DNA from: Octopus vulgaris
Taxonomy: Eukaryota
NCBI GenBank assembly: GCA_951406725.2
Contig: OX597824.1
Coordinates: 4,216,001 to 4,280,000 of the forward strand
Length of the DNA: 64,000 nucleotides
Reading direction: 5' to 3'
Shown: positions 1 through 14,124 of the stretch, one piece after another
How the letters are laid out: each line of letters starts with the position of its first letter
How positions within the stretch are numbered: the first letter of the stretch is position 1
Notes under the pieces: generated by a model
Told to the model about the DNA's origin: nothing
Databases searched by the model: none
What the model saw: the letters and a program-made list of their open reading frames with translations, nothing else
Translations under genes and position numbers: made by a program

Positions 1-664
1 CAAAAATCCAGGTCTGAATCAACCGATTTAAAGATCTAGGCAAACAAATATTGAATGTTGGAAACCAGTTTCAATTCCTAGGTGTTCTTAATGTCATCTG
101 TATCTCATACCTTAAAGATATAAAGGATGGACATGACAAACTTTTCACTCATTTCATGAAATCCCTGCTCCAGCATGGCCTTACATATGATGATTAAAAC
201 AAACAAAAGAATTGAAGAACTCCGCTACATAAGCAATCAGTACTAAGACTATTCTATGTAAACCAATTTACAAGATAATTCTTCTAAAACTGATGGTTTT
301 TTGTGATGAAATAATAAACTGTATTAAAATGAGATGATAAATTACTAATTTACACTGGAGTAGTTTTAATATTTAGCCAATAAATAAGCAGCGTTCAAAA
401 GAGATCAAATATTTGATGTCTATTTTATTTACTCAAATCTATGAAAATAAATTCAGACATGGTTTCTTTTCTTTCTTTTTTTTTTAACTCCATGCATATG
501 TGTATGTATGTGTGTGTATGTATATGTGTGAGTATGTATACAGAGAGAGAGAGAGAGAGATACATATACACATACACACACACACACACACACAGATAAA
601 TACACACACATGCATATATATATATATATACATACATACACACATACATACATACATACATACA

Positions 665-698
<34 letters not shown>

Positions 699-1689
699 CA
701 TACAAACACATATATATATACAGTATAATGAACTTATTGCACTTTGTGTATACAGTGCTCAGGTGCACGGTATACACACACATACACATGTGTGTATTCA
801 TACAAGTATGTAGATGTGTAAATAAATTGACAGGCAGGGAACACATTTTGGGAACAGTAGCAGGGAATTTCAGTTGGAAAGCACTGGTTTATTTGTTTTC
901 TCACCAATATATAGCTTGATGTATATTAGTGAAACACACACACACACACACTGTGTGTGTGTGAGAGAATAAAGCCAATATTTAGATACAATATCCAGAG
1001 ATCATCTATTTTGCCAGTTACAACATGGTCCCACTTCACTGACGACATTCTGACATTCAGTGGCTAATTGTATAAGACATTGTATGAGAGTCTGAATATC
1101 TTACACTTTCTCCCTTGCCCAGTGTGTTTTTTGTTTTTAGTTATATAGTTCCGGGTCAACCTTGATCAATGAACAGACCTATGATAAAAGCATTCCAGCC
1201 ATGACCTTCTTGTCTTTCCCAATGTGCAGGGAACTTAGGACCACATGTTCTTTTTTAAAGATGTTAGCAAGAGAATTTAAGGAAGTTTAGCTACTATTTC
1301 TAAGAAGTAAAGTGACTTTTTAGAAATAGCAGCATCCATCTATATATATACATCAGTAGATTCTTGTAGTGTCCACACAGCAGAGGTTGTCATAGAGGAT
1401 TCAGTCCAATCACAATAGTTGCTGCTGTGTATAGCACAGGTAATTGGGTTCATTTTTGAAAATCACCAATTGAAATGTTTGAGCTGTAATGGTGTAATCT
1501 CAAGCGACATGAGGTCTGGCATTTTTCAGTTAAATGTAGTTTGTAGCAAAATGGCAAACTGATATTAACTAAATCAGAAGATATTAAAAAAAATCGTCAA
1601 AAACGTCAGAAAAGTATAACGAACAATATGAGTTTTGTAATTGGTTTAGGTTTTAATTATCGCTGGTTTTATTTTTTAATGCTGAGTGA

Positions 1690-2010
1690 AGGAGTGTGGC
1701 TCAGTGGTTAGGACATTTGGCTTGTGATCATAACATCATGAGTTCAATTCCCAGCAGCGTATTGTGTCCTTGAGCAAGACACTTTATTTCACATGGCTCC
1801 AGTCCATTTAGTTGGCGAAAATAAGTTGTACCAGTAATTTAAAGGGGACCAGCCTTGTCACAGTCTGTGTCATGCTGAATCTCCTTGACAACTACATTAA
1901 GGATATGTCTGTGGAGTACTCAGCCACTTACATGCTAATTTTATGAGTAGGCTGTTTCATTGACTGGATCAACAGGAACCCTCATGGTCGTAACTGATGG
2001 AGTACCATTG
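1690..2010 (+). mobile_element. tRNA-derived SINE (family D)
   Basis: A box TGGCTCAGTGG and B box AGTTCAATTCC in a tRNA-like head; the body is clearly homologous to 33382-33710. Confidence 0.75.
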
Positions 2011-2807
2011 GGGAGCAAGGATTTTTATTTATTTTAGGTTTTAATGTTTAATTGTATTGAAACATGAGACATGACAGAGACAGGTAAGCATTCAGGCAGG
2101 TAACTGGATATGTAGAAAGATAGAGGGAGGGAGGGATGACAGGTAAGGAATAAAGTTAAATAAAATTAAGCAACAAATAACTGTAGACTGAACCTTGTTG
2201 CTGGATGATTTGCAAATTGCTGAGTTAAGCAATAAGCATATTAAAAATGTATCATCAGACACAGTGTTTGTCTGTTCGTTATCACATTAATAATCAAACA
2301 GCCAGGTGCTATTAATGTTTGGAGGAACGGTGTATTTGTTTGCATACATCTAGCTTATTCTGGCAGTTCAAGATGGATTTCAGTTTTCTAATGCTACCAT
2401 TGCAATATATCTTTAGGCACCGAACATTGCTCAACCAATCGTATTCTACTTCAGTAAATATGAATGGAACTTTTAATTAAACAGCGCATTAGATGATGCT
2501 AAGAAATGTATGCAACTGCAAATGACACCAGCACAACATTTGGTCTATAAGTTGCAGATTCTATATAGAATGACTGAGTAGTCTTCCTGCATTGTTAAGT
2601 CAGCGGTTGAACTGTAATACGTTTCAAGGAGATAGAATATTTTCATATTAGAAAAGTTGGTCTCTCTTTGAACCAGACTGCATAGACTATCTGCTGTTGA
2701 TATAACTTGTTGTAGTTGACTAATGCCTGAAAGCTCTTCTCAAAGTGATCAAACACTTAGAATTAAGCTGAAAGTTTTGCACTTCACGTAAGTTTGTTTT
2801 GTGACAC

Positions 2808-3310
2808 AGGCATGGCCATGAGGTCAAAAAGGCTTGTTTGGCAATCACATAGTTTTCTGGGCTGAGTCCCACTGTATAGTCCACCTCGGCTAAATGTTTT
2901 CTATTGTAACCCCAAGATGGTCAGTGTGTGTGTGTGTGCATATGTGTACATGCATATCTCTGACTGTTTCTGTGTGAGCCTTTGTATATCAGTCCATGAG
3001 AGTACTTTCGTGTCAAAACTAACTTAGCCATTCAATAAAAAGAGAATGATAAAATAAATGCCTGATTCAAATAAATACTGAGGTTGATATGATCAATGAA
3101 CAAACTTTTGCAGGTGATATTCCACCATGGCTGCAGTTCAATAAAAAAAAATCAAACAAGGGCAAAACCACCATAACTTAGTGGTTTAGCAAAAGAGACT
3201 GATAGAATAAGTACTAGGCTTACAAAGAATAAGTTCTGGAGTCGATTTGTTTGACTATAGGCAGTGCTCCAACATGGCCACAGTCAAATAACTGAAACAA
3301 ATGAAAAAAA
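2808..3310 (+). mobile_element. degenerate SINE(s), family B
   Basis: Contains 'gcaaaagagactgatagaataagtactaggcttacaaagaataag...tgctccaacatggccacagtcaaat', shared with 12415, 24268, 33135 and 41172. Confidence 0.7.
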
Positions 3311-3319
3311 AAGACTCAC

Positions 3320-3477
3320 CGAATTCTATGTCCATCAGTGAAATTAGTTGTCAAAAATGGGAGACAGGTAGGTTGGTATGTTCCTAAGACAGGTTAATAT
3401 TTAATCCAGAGAAAAATTCATCTCCCATTTGCACAATACCATGAAGACCTGATGGATTCACCCCCTGGACATCAGCC
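3320..3477 (-). CDS. candidate exon(s) of an unknown minus-strand gene (acceptor at 3477 or 3383; donor G|gtgagt at 3319)
   Basis: ctttcag|G acceptor gives (R)ADVQGVNPSGLHGIVQMGDEFFSGLNINLS*. The alternative acceptor ttaacctgtcttag| gives a 64-nt exon, 3320-3383. The donor is strong, but the frame is unresolved. Confidence 0.35.
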
Positions 3478-3585
3478 CTGAAAGGCCATTTCTGGCTTAA
3501 GAATTTATAACAGAGCTTCTTTATGAATAGAATACCTGAATATGAAGAAATAAAATGAGGAAGCATCAAAATAGTGACAGCTCAC

Positions 3586-3654
3586 CTGACTTGTAAAAGT
3601 TGTATTTGACACCTTTGTAAACCAGAGATATTTATATCATCAAACATTCCAATC
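3586..3654 (-). CDS. candidate 69-nt symmetric exon, IGMFDDINISGLQRCQIQLLQV(R)
   Basis: Very strong acceptor ttttgtttttctctttttcag|G, donor CAG|gtgagc, and only one open frame (phase 2-2). Confidence 0.5.
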
Positions 3655-3704
3655 CTGAAAAAGAGAAAAACAAAAACCCTTTTAGTAAAATAATTATGTT
3701 AGTT

Positions 3705-3882
3705 TCAAATTTCGGCACAAGGCCAGTACTACAAAATGATCAACAGGTACTTATTTTATTGACTCAGAAAGGATGAAAGGCAAAGTCGACCTTGGTGAAA
3801 TTTGAACTCAAAACATAAAGACAGACAAAAGGCTGCTGAGCATTTTTCCCGGTGTGCTAACGATTCTGCCAACTCACTGCCT
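3705..3882 (-). mobile_element. SINE family A (Nin/Deu-like central domain)
   Basis: Reverse complement of 'gtcgactttgcctttcatcctttc...gagttcaaatt'; one of more than 15 copies in the window. Confidence 0.8.
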
Positions 3883-4347
3883 TAGTTAAACAATTGTATT
3901 AGAAGATAAAAAATAAAACTAAAATATTTACAAATAAAACAGCTGAAACAATAGATTGAAACTCACTGAGTCAGATTCATTTAAAGATATCCTTAATGAG
4001 AGATACAGAAGTCATTGAACAGGATGCTGCATTGTGTGGGATGCTAGCTTACCACACAAGAATTCAGGAAGGTGAGGAGAATCAGACAGACCAAATGAAA
4101 CTTTATACATAGAAAAAAATAGACATGAACCAAGGTGTGGCCACCAGCGAATCCTGTGTTACAGAAGAGTTGCAATCATGAAACCATTGCTTGACTTGGC
4201 GTTTGGTTGCAGGAAATGCATTTTTTTATTTACTTCTATGTAACATGGGAGTTAACGGGGGGAAAATAAATTTTTGCATTCCAGAAATCCACAAAAATAC
4301 TGTAACCCAGGGAGGGATTACCAGGAAATAGGGAAACGTCTGAAGCA

Positions 4348-5178
4348 CATTTGATTACATGGAAAAATGCGAGGAAGAGAGAAATAATATTCTTAAGATT
4401 ATAAACCTGGAAAATTACAGGACAAGTTATTACATCTGGTAAAATACAGAACAAGAACATTTTTTACTTGAAATATTGCAGCTAAGGATAAAATTTCAAA
4501 TAAAATATTTAGATTTAGAAAATATTAGCTTTTATTAAAACTAAACATTTTATTACAAGTTATTACTTCTCTTTGTTATTACTTGTTTTCTACTAAAAAT
4601 AATAAATAACTCAATTAAAATATCTTCTGTACTCTAAAAATTTCATTTTTTCATTATTAATTAATAATTAAAAATTTGAAAATAGATTATAAAAATATAA
4701 TAGTAGTACATAATTAATTAGTACAATAAATAGAATAGTACAAAAATTAATCATATATTACAGTAAAATCTACCTGTAACAATAAATTCACAGTAAAATT
4801 TGCCTGAGTTATTGCCAAGTCTTCACATTTTTAGTCTTGACCAATACCTATTTTTCACAAAATGAATTTGCCTACCAAATATACTATTCTACTTTGCATA
4901 TAACTTTAGCTATATTGGTGCTTCTGGTTCTCATTTTAAAGTATTCTAGTGTCTAAATATTTTAACAAAATGAGGTACCATTTTTCATAATAATGATACT
5001 TTGTAAATTAAAATTAAATAATTTTTAATATTCAAATTTTATCCTTAGCTGCAATATTTTAAGTAAAAACTTTCTTGTCCTGAACTTTTCCAAGTGTAAT
5101 AATTTGTCCTGTACTTTTCCAGGTTTATAATCTTAAGAATATTATTTCTCTTGCTCGCATTTTCCCATGTAGTCTATG
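4348..5178. mobile_element. non-autonomous foldback/long-TIR DNA element
   Basis: About 160-bp inverted arms, e.g. 'gaaataatattcttaagattataaacctggaaaattacaggacaa' vs 'ttgtcctgtacttttccaggtttataatcttaagaatattatttc', and 'aatattgcagctaaggataaaattt' vs its complement, around an AT-rich core. Confidence 0.75.
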
Positions 5179-6629
5179 TTTTTTCCAGGCTCTGCTATTA
5201 TGCTAGATAATAATGTATGAAATGTGTCAATTAGCAGTGGCGTTGATAACTTTTTCCTTACCTTAATGATGCCAGTGACATATATTAAAATTCCTCTTAT
5301 AGAAGAACTATTTTCATAAAAACATATTGAACTGTATTATCACCCTCAAATTTGAGAAACAAACACTCATAACTATTTTCTTTTAAAACTTTGTTGCGCA
5401 AGATTAATACCATGAAATTCCTTGAATTGAGCCCTATCATTTAAGCTTAATTACAATAAAGTTTGTTTTTAAAATAAAGAAAGTTAATTATAATTAAATC
5501 CAATTTTTTGCTTTACTTATATATTTTTTTCGTGATATTTACCTCACAACATTTTTGATACAAATTTTTGTTGCATGGGGCCAAAACTATGAAATTCCTC
5601 ATGCCTTCTTCAATCACTGAAGCTAAAATAAATATATTTTGCTTTTAAAATAAAAAAAAGTTAATTAGATCTAAACTTGATTGGATGCATTAATTACTCT
5701 CCTATAACATTGTTACAAATTTTGATGTAAACTTTTTTTCTACTGGATCGAATCTCAATTTTTGCTTTGCCAAAATGTAGCTAGGGACCAGTACTCTTAA
5801 AAAATGTTAACAGTTTTCCATTTAGTTAAGAACTGAATTAGCAACAAGCTCTGAAAGATGCTGCATGTGAGCAAATTGCATCCTTAGGAATATTATTCAA
5901 CTACGACCATAGTTGAATGATAAACTAATTTAAATATTTTAAGTTTTCAAACAGTTAACCTATTCACCTTTAGAAATGAAACATCTTTTTAAAACATATA
6001 TTTATGCTGTTTTGGTAAATTTGATTTCTAATCATGATCAAGTGTTTTATTCTAAGATATGTACATTGTAGCAGACTGGATTTGAACTCAAAGCTTTTAT
6101 TTCTAAAGTAAAAGTAATAACGCTTTTATTCATTAGGCCATGTGAAACAACATTACGTAAGCCATGAACCCACATCTATTCAATTTCAAATATCGTCTAA
6201 TATTACATACACATCCAGGTATAAGATATTTGGTGACGAAGTAAGGTTAACCTTAAATATTAAAACAATTTTCATCACTAGAGATGACATTGTCTGAAAA
6301 ATTATAATCTTAGTAACTCACAGCAAAGATTTAGACACTTGATCCAAATATTCTGAGACTTAGCCTCATTTTAGGCTTAAAAGGTTTACAGTATTATATC
6401 CCATGAGTACACACTACTGAAAGTGTGGGCATGAGTTCAAATCTTGTGAAAATCATTGAATTATATTTCAATACAGAAGATATAAAATTCTAGTTGTATT
6501 AGCGAATAGGAACAGCAACCAGCTGTAAAAGCATTTGCCTTCACATGAACCCACCCTGATTAAAAGGGTAGAGTGAAAGTGATGGAGAAAATCCTTTTAA
6601 CATCATACACACAAAAAATATATATATTC

Positions 6630-6832
6630 TTTTCTACTCTAGGCACAAGGCCCAAAACTTTTGGGAAGGGGGCCAGTGAATTAGATCGACTCCAGTACGC
6701 AACTGGTACTTAATTTATCAACCCCGACAGGATAAAAGGCAAAGTCGACCTCGGTGGAATTTGAACTCAGAACGTAAAGACAGACAAAATACTGCTAAGC
6801 ATTTTGCCCAGCATGCTAACGATTCTGCTAGC
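6630..6832 (-). mobile_element. SINE family A
   Basis: 'aaaggcaaagtcgacctcggtggaatttgaactcagaacgtaaagacagac...' is the reverse complement of the family consensus. Confidence 0.85.
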
Positions 6833-7859
6833 TTTTACACACAAATAAAAAATATATATTATCTAAACTTGTGAGAATGATGATGATGAGGAGGAAAATT
6901 TATAAAGCAAGTTATGAAATTTACCCCAGCACAGGCTTGGCACTTGTTTTTATTGACCCTGGTGTGAATAAATGTACAGGTACCTAATTTAACTACTGCC
7001 AGATTATGTAAGCCCAGCATGGTGCTACCTCTACCACTTCCCTTCCACTACCACCACCACCACCACCTTCTTCAGTCACCACAGTGATATCAAATACACT
7101 ACAACATTACAGTGAAATACGAAATAGTAATAAATATACAACATAAAATGAATAAAGCAAAAAATATGTTGAATTCTAGGTTTGTAAATATACAGTGTAT
7201 GTGTGTTTATATGTGCCTGTGCTTTTATATATGTGTGTGTATTAGACTATTCTCATTCTATTTTTGTATGCATGTGTGTGTGTGTATATATATATATGTG
7301 TGTGTGTATGCATATGTGTGCATAGCCCAACCTTTGGCATTGTGTAGTGACCCTGCAGTGTTCCAGTTTACCTGATAGCACAAAAATAACAAAAAGAAAA
7401 AGGCTCCACTCCCACCTAAGAGTTGAAGAGTTAGCAGTAGGAAGGGTATCAAGCTGTAAAAACAATTGCAAAAACCATCCAACACCATCCAGCATGGAAA
7501 AATAGAGGTAAGTCAGTAATAAGTGTGTCTGTGAGTGTGTGTGTGTGAGTGAGAGAGAGAGGAGGGCTAGGGTGAGTGTGTGTGTGCAGTTAAATTATGA
7601 AGGATATAATAAATATATGAAGGGTTCCCAAAGGAAATAATAATGATTTCTTTACATTGGCACAAGGCCAAGAATTTCAAGAAGAAGGATAGAGTAGACT
7701 GAATTGAATGTATAACTGGCTTTGTTTTATCAACCCTAAAAGAAGGGAAAAGCTGAGCTGGCAGGGTTTGGACTCATCTTGAATAATATTAATAATTAGT
7801 AATTGGAGATGTAGACATATTGCAAAAAATAACAATTAGCAGGAGCTATAAATATTATT

Positions 7860-8170
7860 GTGGGGTCACATGGCCAAGTGGTTAGAGCAGCGGACTTATG
7901 GTTGAAGGATTGCGGGTTCGAATCTAAGACCGGGCGACATGTGTGTTTATGAGTGAAAAACCTAAGCTCTACGAGGCTATGACAGAAGGTAATGGTGAAC
8001 TTCTGCTGACTCTTTTGCCACAACTTTCTCTCACTCTTTCCTCCTGCATCTTGCAGCTCATCTGAGACAGACCGGCGTCCCATCCAGGTGGGGAACCTAT
8101 ATGCCAAGGAAACTGGGAAACTGGCCCTTAGGAACCAGGCATTGCTTGACAAGGAACAAACAACAACAAC
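7860..8170 (+). mobile_element. tRNA-derived SINE with (CAA)n tail
   Basis: A box TGGCCAAGTGG, B box GGTTCGAATCT, a non-tRNA body and a 3' caacaacaac tail. Confidence 0.8.
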
Positions 8171-8189
8171 ACATAAATATTGTCAGGAC

Positions 8190-8292
8190 CTTCTCACATG
8201 GCATTTGTTAAACTCAAACATTCTGTGTGCATGATTCCCAAATGTACCAAATTCTTTTTGAAGAAAGGAAACATTTGAGCTATTCCTTAAAT
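8190..8292 (-). CDS. candidate 103-nt exon, xLRNSSNVSFLQKEFGTFGNHAHRMFEFNKCHVR(R)
   Basis: A unique ~100-nt island between a SINE and a (TAA)n tract. It has an open frame and an acag| acceptor. The donor AAG|gtcctg is weak but phase-compatible with exon 3586-3654. Confidence 0.4.
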
Positions 8293-8297
8293 CTGTT

Positions 8298-9001
<704 letters not shown>

Positions 9002-9324
9002 AATAATAATAATAATAATAATAATAATCAGAAGAAGAAGAAGAAGAAGAAGAAATGGGATCTGTCAGTTTGTTCCACACACACACAGTTGATTTTATTC
9101 ACATTAGTGTTCTATCTACCAGCATCATATTCAGTGAAGATCTCTCCCCTACCTCTCTCTCACACACACACACACACACAAAACATTTTGTTTTAAATGT
9201 AAGACTGCTAGAAACATAAATACATGTCTGGGAAAAATATACAAAAATAATTTATATTTTTGATATGAATAGCTAGTCACTATATCTTTTAACGTCTCTT
9301 CATCATTTTCCTCTGTATATTCTG

Positions 9325-9492
9325 TCTATTCTTTTAGCTGAACAAATTGACCCCAGGACTTATTCTTTGTAAGCCTAGTAATTATTATATTGGTCTGTTT
9401 GGCTGAACTGCTAAGTTGCGGGTATATAAACACACCAACATCAGTTGTCAACCGATGGTGGGGGTACAAACACAGACACACAAACATATACT

Positions 9493-9536
<44 letters not shown>

Positions 9537-9665
9537 GTTTCTGTCCACCCAATCCACTCACAAGGCTTTGGTCAGTGTGAGGCTATAGTAGAAGACACTT
9601 GTCCAAAGTGCCACACAGTGGGACTGAACCCAGAACCATGTGGCTGAGAAGCACAGCCACACCTG
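9325..9665 (-). mobile_element. SINE family B
   Basis: Reverse complement of the tRNA-like head 'ggttctgggttcagtcccactgtgtggcac' plus the family body, with an internal (TA)n. Confidence 0.85.
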
Positions 9666-10181
9666 CATCTGTATACTCATAATAACTATAAATGGCCCCT
9701 AATTCCAGTTGTTTGAGTTTCACATTTTCAACCATTCAGCAGGTAATCCAGGCCTGTTTTCCTTTGAATTTGCTGTTGTTTGAATATTTTGAAATATTAT
9801 AAAACAGTTATGAAGAAGACGCTTATCTTTGCTTTTCCAAAAAAATTGAGCAAGTGATGAGCAAAAACAGCTGTTCAAGGCTCACATTCTTCATTTTATT
9901 TCTAGCTCTTGTGAGAATATTCCAAACAGCTGGAAACTCATAGAAACTGGTTACTATAAGAATCGTCCTCATAAAATTGCAGCATTTAAGTATTTTAAGT
10001 AATATTTTAAAAACAATGTGTGTGTGTGTGTGTGTGTGTGGTGTTCATGGATACATATGCATAGAAAAATAAAAGCACATATACAGACACACACATACAT
10101 ACCCACTCATATATACTTATATATATATGCAGAAACACACACACACATATATATATATGCATACATGAACACATACACTTG

Positions 10182-10217
<36 letters not shown>

Positions 10218-10507
10218 CACATGCTCACACGTGTGTGTGTGTGTGTCACTTCACAGCTCTGTGATCACATGAAATATTGCTGAGCTGTGTCAATGTCTCT
10301 GAAGCCATTTCTCAACCAACAAATCATCTGGTTGCTGTGCACTTTCAAAATTAAGTGAAATGAAAACTCTCTTACTTGAAAAGCAGGTAAAGGTTGGTGG
10401 CAGGGAGAGCATCCAGCCATGAAACAATATTTCAGCAATATGTAATCATCTAACATATGGTAGTATGGAAGAGCAGAATTAAAAACGAACAAGCGCATAT
10501 ATATGCA

Positions 10508-10557
<50 letters not shown>

Positions 10558-10954
10558 AAGAATGAGCTAAGAAAAATAACTCAGAGTGGCCACCAGTAGA
10601 ATGGAGTTAAACAACACAGACAAATGCAGGTCTATCAAATACCATACAACATAAATTCTTGATTTATTGGTATTGTCTCTGCTTCAAGAAGATGTGTCAC
10701 AATTACCATACAGCAATTGAGACCAGTTCCATATGAGAAGGTGAGATAATCTCAAGGATTAAGAATTTTCTGAAGAAGGATGAGAACTGCTAAGGGCACA
10801 TGTTTCTACCTGAGTAGCTGTCATCAGCATGACAGCAGTCCTACCCTATGTCCAGCAACCAAGGGCCATTGACATGTACAAAAAGTGTAGAACACGTTTA
10901 TGGTCAAGATAATTTGCATAAATTAAATGAAAATTAACGTCAATGCAAATGCCA

Positions 10955-11292
10955 GCTGACTGGTGCCTTGCCGGTGGCATGTAAAAAGCACTATTTTAGC
11001 ATGGTTGTTGCCAATGCTGCCTGACTGGCTCCCATGCTGGTGGCACATAAAATACATCATCCAAGCATGGCCAATGCCAGTACCGCCTGACTGGTCCTCG
11101 TGCTGGTGGTATGTAAAAACACTCTTGGAGTGGTTGGCATTAGGAAGGGCTTACAGCTGTAGAAACATTGCCAGAAGGGATTGGAGCCTGGAACAGCCTT
11201 CTGGCTCGCCAGCCCTCAGTCAAACCAGCTAACCAAGCCAGCATGAAAAGCATACATTAAATGACGATGACAATGATGATGATGATGATGAT
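10955..11292 (+). mobile_element. SINE family C with internal tandem units and (GAT)n tail
   Basis: Repeated 'gccggtggcatgtaaaaagcac' units, then 'gttggcattaggaagggc...agctgtagaaac', then a gatgatgat tail. Confidence 0.8.
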
Positions 11293-12028
11293 GAAACAAT
11301 TCAGTGTGATCAGAGGCATGTATTTGGACAAGTTTTCTGGTAAACTTATAAACATCAATGCAAATTCATGAATGGTAAATAGGAAGTTCTGATAGTAATC
11401 TGTGGATGAAGGATTTCTAACAATGGTGAAGACATGGAAGGGATGTATGTTGTGGTTTAACAAAGGGTGGGGTTAATGACTGAGACCAGGTGTGAGGATT
11501 ATAATGAATTATTTAGATAATGCATAGATTATTATTGATTCATTTCAACTCAAGTAGTTCTTGTTTCTTCATATGTGGGGTGTGAAGATTTCTTGAAAAA
11601 TTATTCCTTGTGGTGAAACTTAGAGGTTTTAAAAGCTGTCATTCTTATTTCTAAGTATTTAAGTTGGAGAGACTCGAATCAGGTCTGACAGATATTAACC
11701 ATAGGTTTATATTGAGGGTATATATTGAGTGACTGGTGTTTTATGAACACACACACACAAACATACATACACAGATACATACACATACACAACAATGCCG
11801 TAAAAATTGATGAGAGACATTATATAATATACATCAACACATATATACACATGCATACATGAACACAGGATTTAAATTTGAGCTACTACTGGATGGAGTA
11901 CTCTTCTTGTTGATCCCATCACTAATAATGGAATAGTAAATTATAAATACATGCCGGGATGTTTGGGTTAAAGTGGGCAGTTTGAATAAAAGGAAAAGAA
12001 AACAATATTCCATCCAAATATAAAAGGA

Positions 12029-12085
12029 CAGTAACCCCTCGCCATATCGTGGGTCACCTGTCGTGGTCCACCTATCGCAGTTCAC
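12029..12085 (+). mobile_element. isolated pogo/Tigger-like terminus fragment
   Basis: Begins CAGTAACCCCTCGCCATATCG, followed by three imperfect 'tatcgcggttcacc'-like subrepeats. No partner end was found. Confidence 0.4.
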
Positions 12086-12414
12086 ATACATACATACAGG
12101 TATTTGTGTGTGTATGTATCATCATCATTTAATGGATGTTAATTAATAATGATGATGATCACACATCTGTATGTATGAGCAGGTATGTATGTGTACGCAA
12201 AGGAGAGAGAGAGAGAGAGAGAAGGGGCTTCCATGTTGCAGTCTGCCAAATTCAACTCACATGTTGTGGTTCAATTTCAGGTTAGAGCAGAAGAACATGT
12301 TTCCATGGTTCCATGGAGAGGGATCAAATCCAGGATCAAATGGCTGATGGTTGTCACTCCAGCTTCTTAACTCCATTGCTTAGTTTGCATCTACACCACT
12401 ATATACATACATAC

Positions 12415-12800
12415 GAGCATGGCTGTGTGGTAAGAAGCTTGCTTCCCAACCACATGATTCTGGGTTCAGTCCCATTACACGGCACCTCGGGCAAGTGTCT
12501 TCCACTATAACTTTGAGCTGACCAAAGCCTTGTGAGTGGATTTGGTAGATGGAAACTGAAAGAAGCCTCCAATAATGATAATTTAGATGACTTGAGATGT
12601 TTGCCTTGCCTTAATGTTTGTCGTCCTCTTTAACAATTATATATATATATATATTTTTGTGTTGGTGTGTTTACGTCCCCACAGCTTAGTGGTTCAGCAA
12701 AAGAGACCAATAGAATAAGTTCTGAGGATCGATTTGTTAGACTAAATGTGGTGCTCCAGCATGGCTGCAGTCAAATGACTGAAACAGGTAAAAGAACAGA
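12415..12800 (+). mobile_element. SINE family B
   Basis: 'tggctgtgtggtaagaagcttgcttcccaaccacatg...gggttcagtccc' head plus the family 3' part. Confidence 0.85.
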
Positions 12801-12889
12801 AGGCTATACACACACACATGCATGCATACACACATATTACACACAAATAAACACGTACTTTACAAATATGCATGTTTATGTATGTATTT

Positions 12890-12921
<32 letters not shown>

Positions 12922-12950
12922 CTGTGTATATATATATATATATATATATA

Positions 12951-13147
12951 ACGGGAAGGTTTATGAAAATAAACAAAAGACGAAGGCAGGTGGAGTACAA
13001 ACAAACAAATGTATTAGTATGGTGCTCAGGAATATAAATAAAACAAGTCTTTTACATTTCGAGCCTACGCTCTTCGACAGAAAGATACACAGAAAAGAAA
13101 CAAGGAGAGAAAAAAATTGCGTGTAAGGGTTAACGATCCAACATGGC

Positions 13148-13149
<2 letters not shown>
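12951..13149 (-). mobile_element. short Penelope-like non-autonomous element (family H2) in a (TA)n tract
   Basis: Homologous to 18003-18157, flanked by TA repeats, and contains a hammerhead-like motif. Confidence 0.6.
13047..13085 (-). ncRNA. minimal hammerhead-like motif (variant core)
   Basis: Minus strand reads UCUUU CUGUCGA A GAGC guag GCUC GAAA UGU A AAAGA: stem I, stem II and GAAA are present, with A6 replaced by U. Confidence 0.45.
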
Positions 13150-13188
<39 letters not shown>

Positions 13189-13532
13189 ACACACATATAT
13201 TTATATATATATATATACACACATACACACACATATATTTATATATATATATATGTATGTATACATATATATATAAATACATATACAAACACAGAGGAAA
13301 AGAGAGAGAGAGAGAAGGAAGAGGAGAGCAAGGGAGATGGTGTAGATGTGGATAAGTAAGCAAACTCTTGTTGTTGCTTCCACTTCACCAGAATCCACTC
13401 AGGTTGAGTTTCGCCTCTCCTCACCCCCTCACCCACCTCCTCCAAACCACACCTTGTTCTTCACCTTTCTGGTTTGGAATTACTAACTGCTGTGTGAAGT
13501 GGGAAGGTGCTGGTACCACTCACGTGTGTAGG

Positions 13533-13571
<39 letters not shown>

Positions 13572-13797
13572 TAGTAGTAGTAGTAGTAGTAGTGATGCTG
13601 GTGATTACATAATTGTGGTGATGCTGATGATGGTAATGGTTTTACTATAATGGCAGTGGTGGCGGTGGTGGTTGTGGTTGTGGTTGTGGTGGTAGTAATG
13701 ATCAATGATGGGTGTTCAGGATATGAGGATGGTAGTAGTGGTGGTGGTGACTGAAGTGGGAATGTTAGTGGTTATATAATGTTTGTGTTTATAGGAT

Positions 13798-14065
13798 TGT
13801 GGTGGAGGTGGTGGTGGTGGTGGTGGTGGTGGTGGTGGTGGTGGTGGTGGTGGTGGTGGTGGTGGTGGTGGTGGTGGTGGTGGTGGTGGTCGTCGTCGTC
13901 GTCGTGACGATCATAGAAGTGATGGTCATTGTAGGAGTAATGGAGATGATGCAGTTTGTTGCATTGTCTTTAGATAATTCTTAGATTAGTGATGCTGATG
14001 ATGGCTATACTTGAGTAGTAGTAGTGGTGGTGGTGGTGGTGGTGGTGGTAGTAGTAGTAGTAGTG

Positions 14066-14124
<59 letters not shown>

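Noticed and set aside
3967-4100. Additional strong minus-strand donors (gtgagt at 3966, gtaagc at 4052)
   Set aside because: Could not be fitted with good acceptors into an open frame; such hexamers occur often by chance.
7860-7935. tRNA-like sequences (also ~1690, 33382, 43325, 62121)
   Set aside because: They are SINE heads: A/B boxes are present, but the acceptor stems are broken and they continue into repeat bodies.
9808-9988. Two plus-strand mini-exons (YEEDAYLCFSKKI / SCENIPNSWK…)
   Set aside because: They require a GC donor and a ~56-bp intron, and no compatible neighbours were found.
10955-11130. Regularly spaced ~22-bp repeats resembling a CRISPR array (also 55130-55285, 46550-46780)
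   Set aside because: These are internal tandem units of a multicopy eukaryotic SINE; the spacers are related to each other and there are no cas genes.
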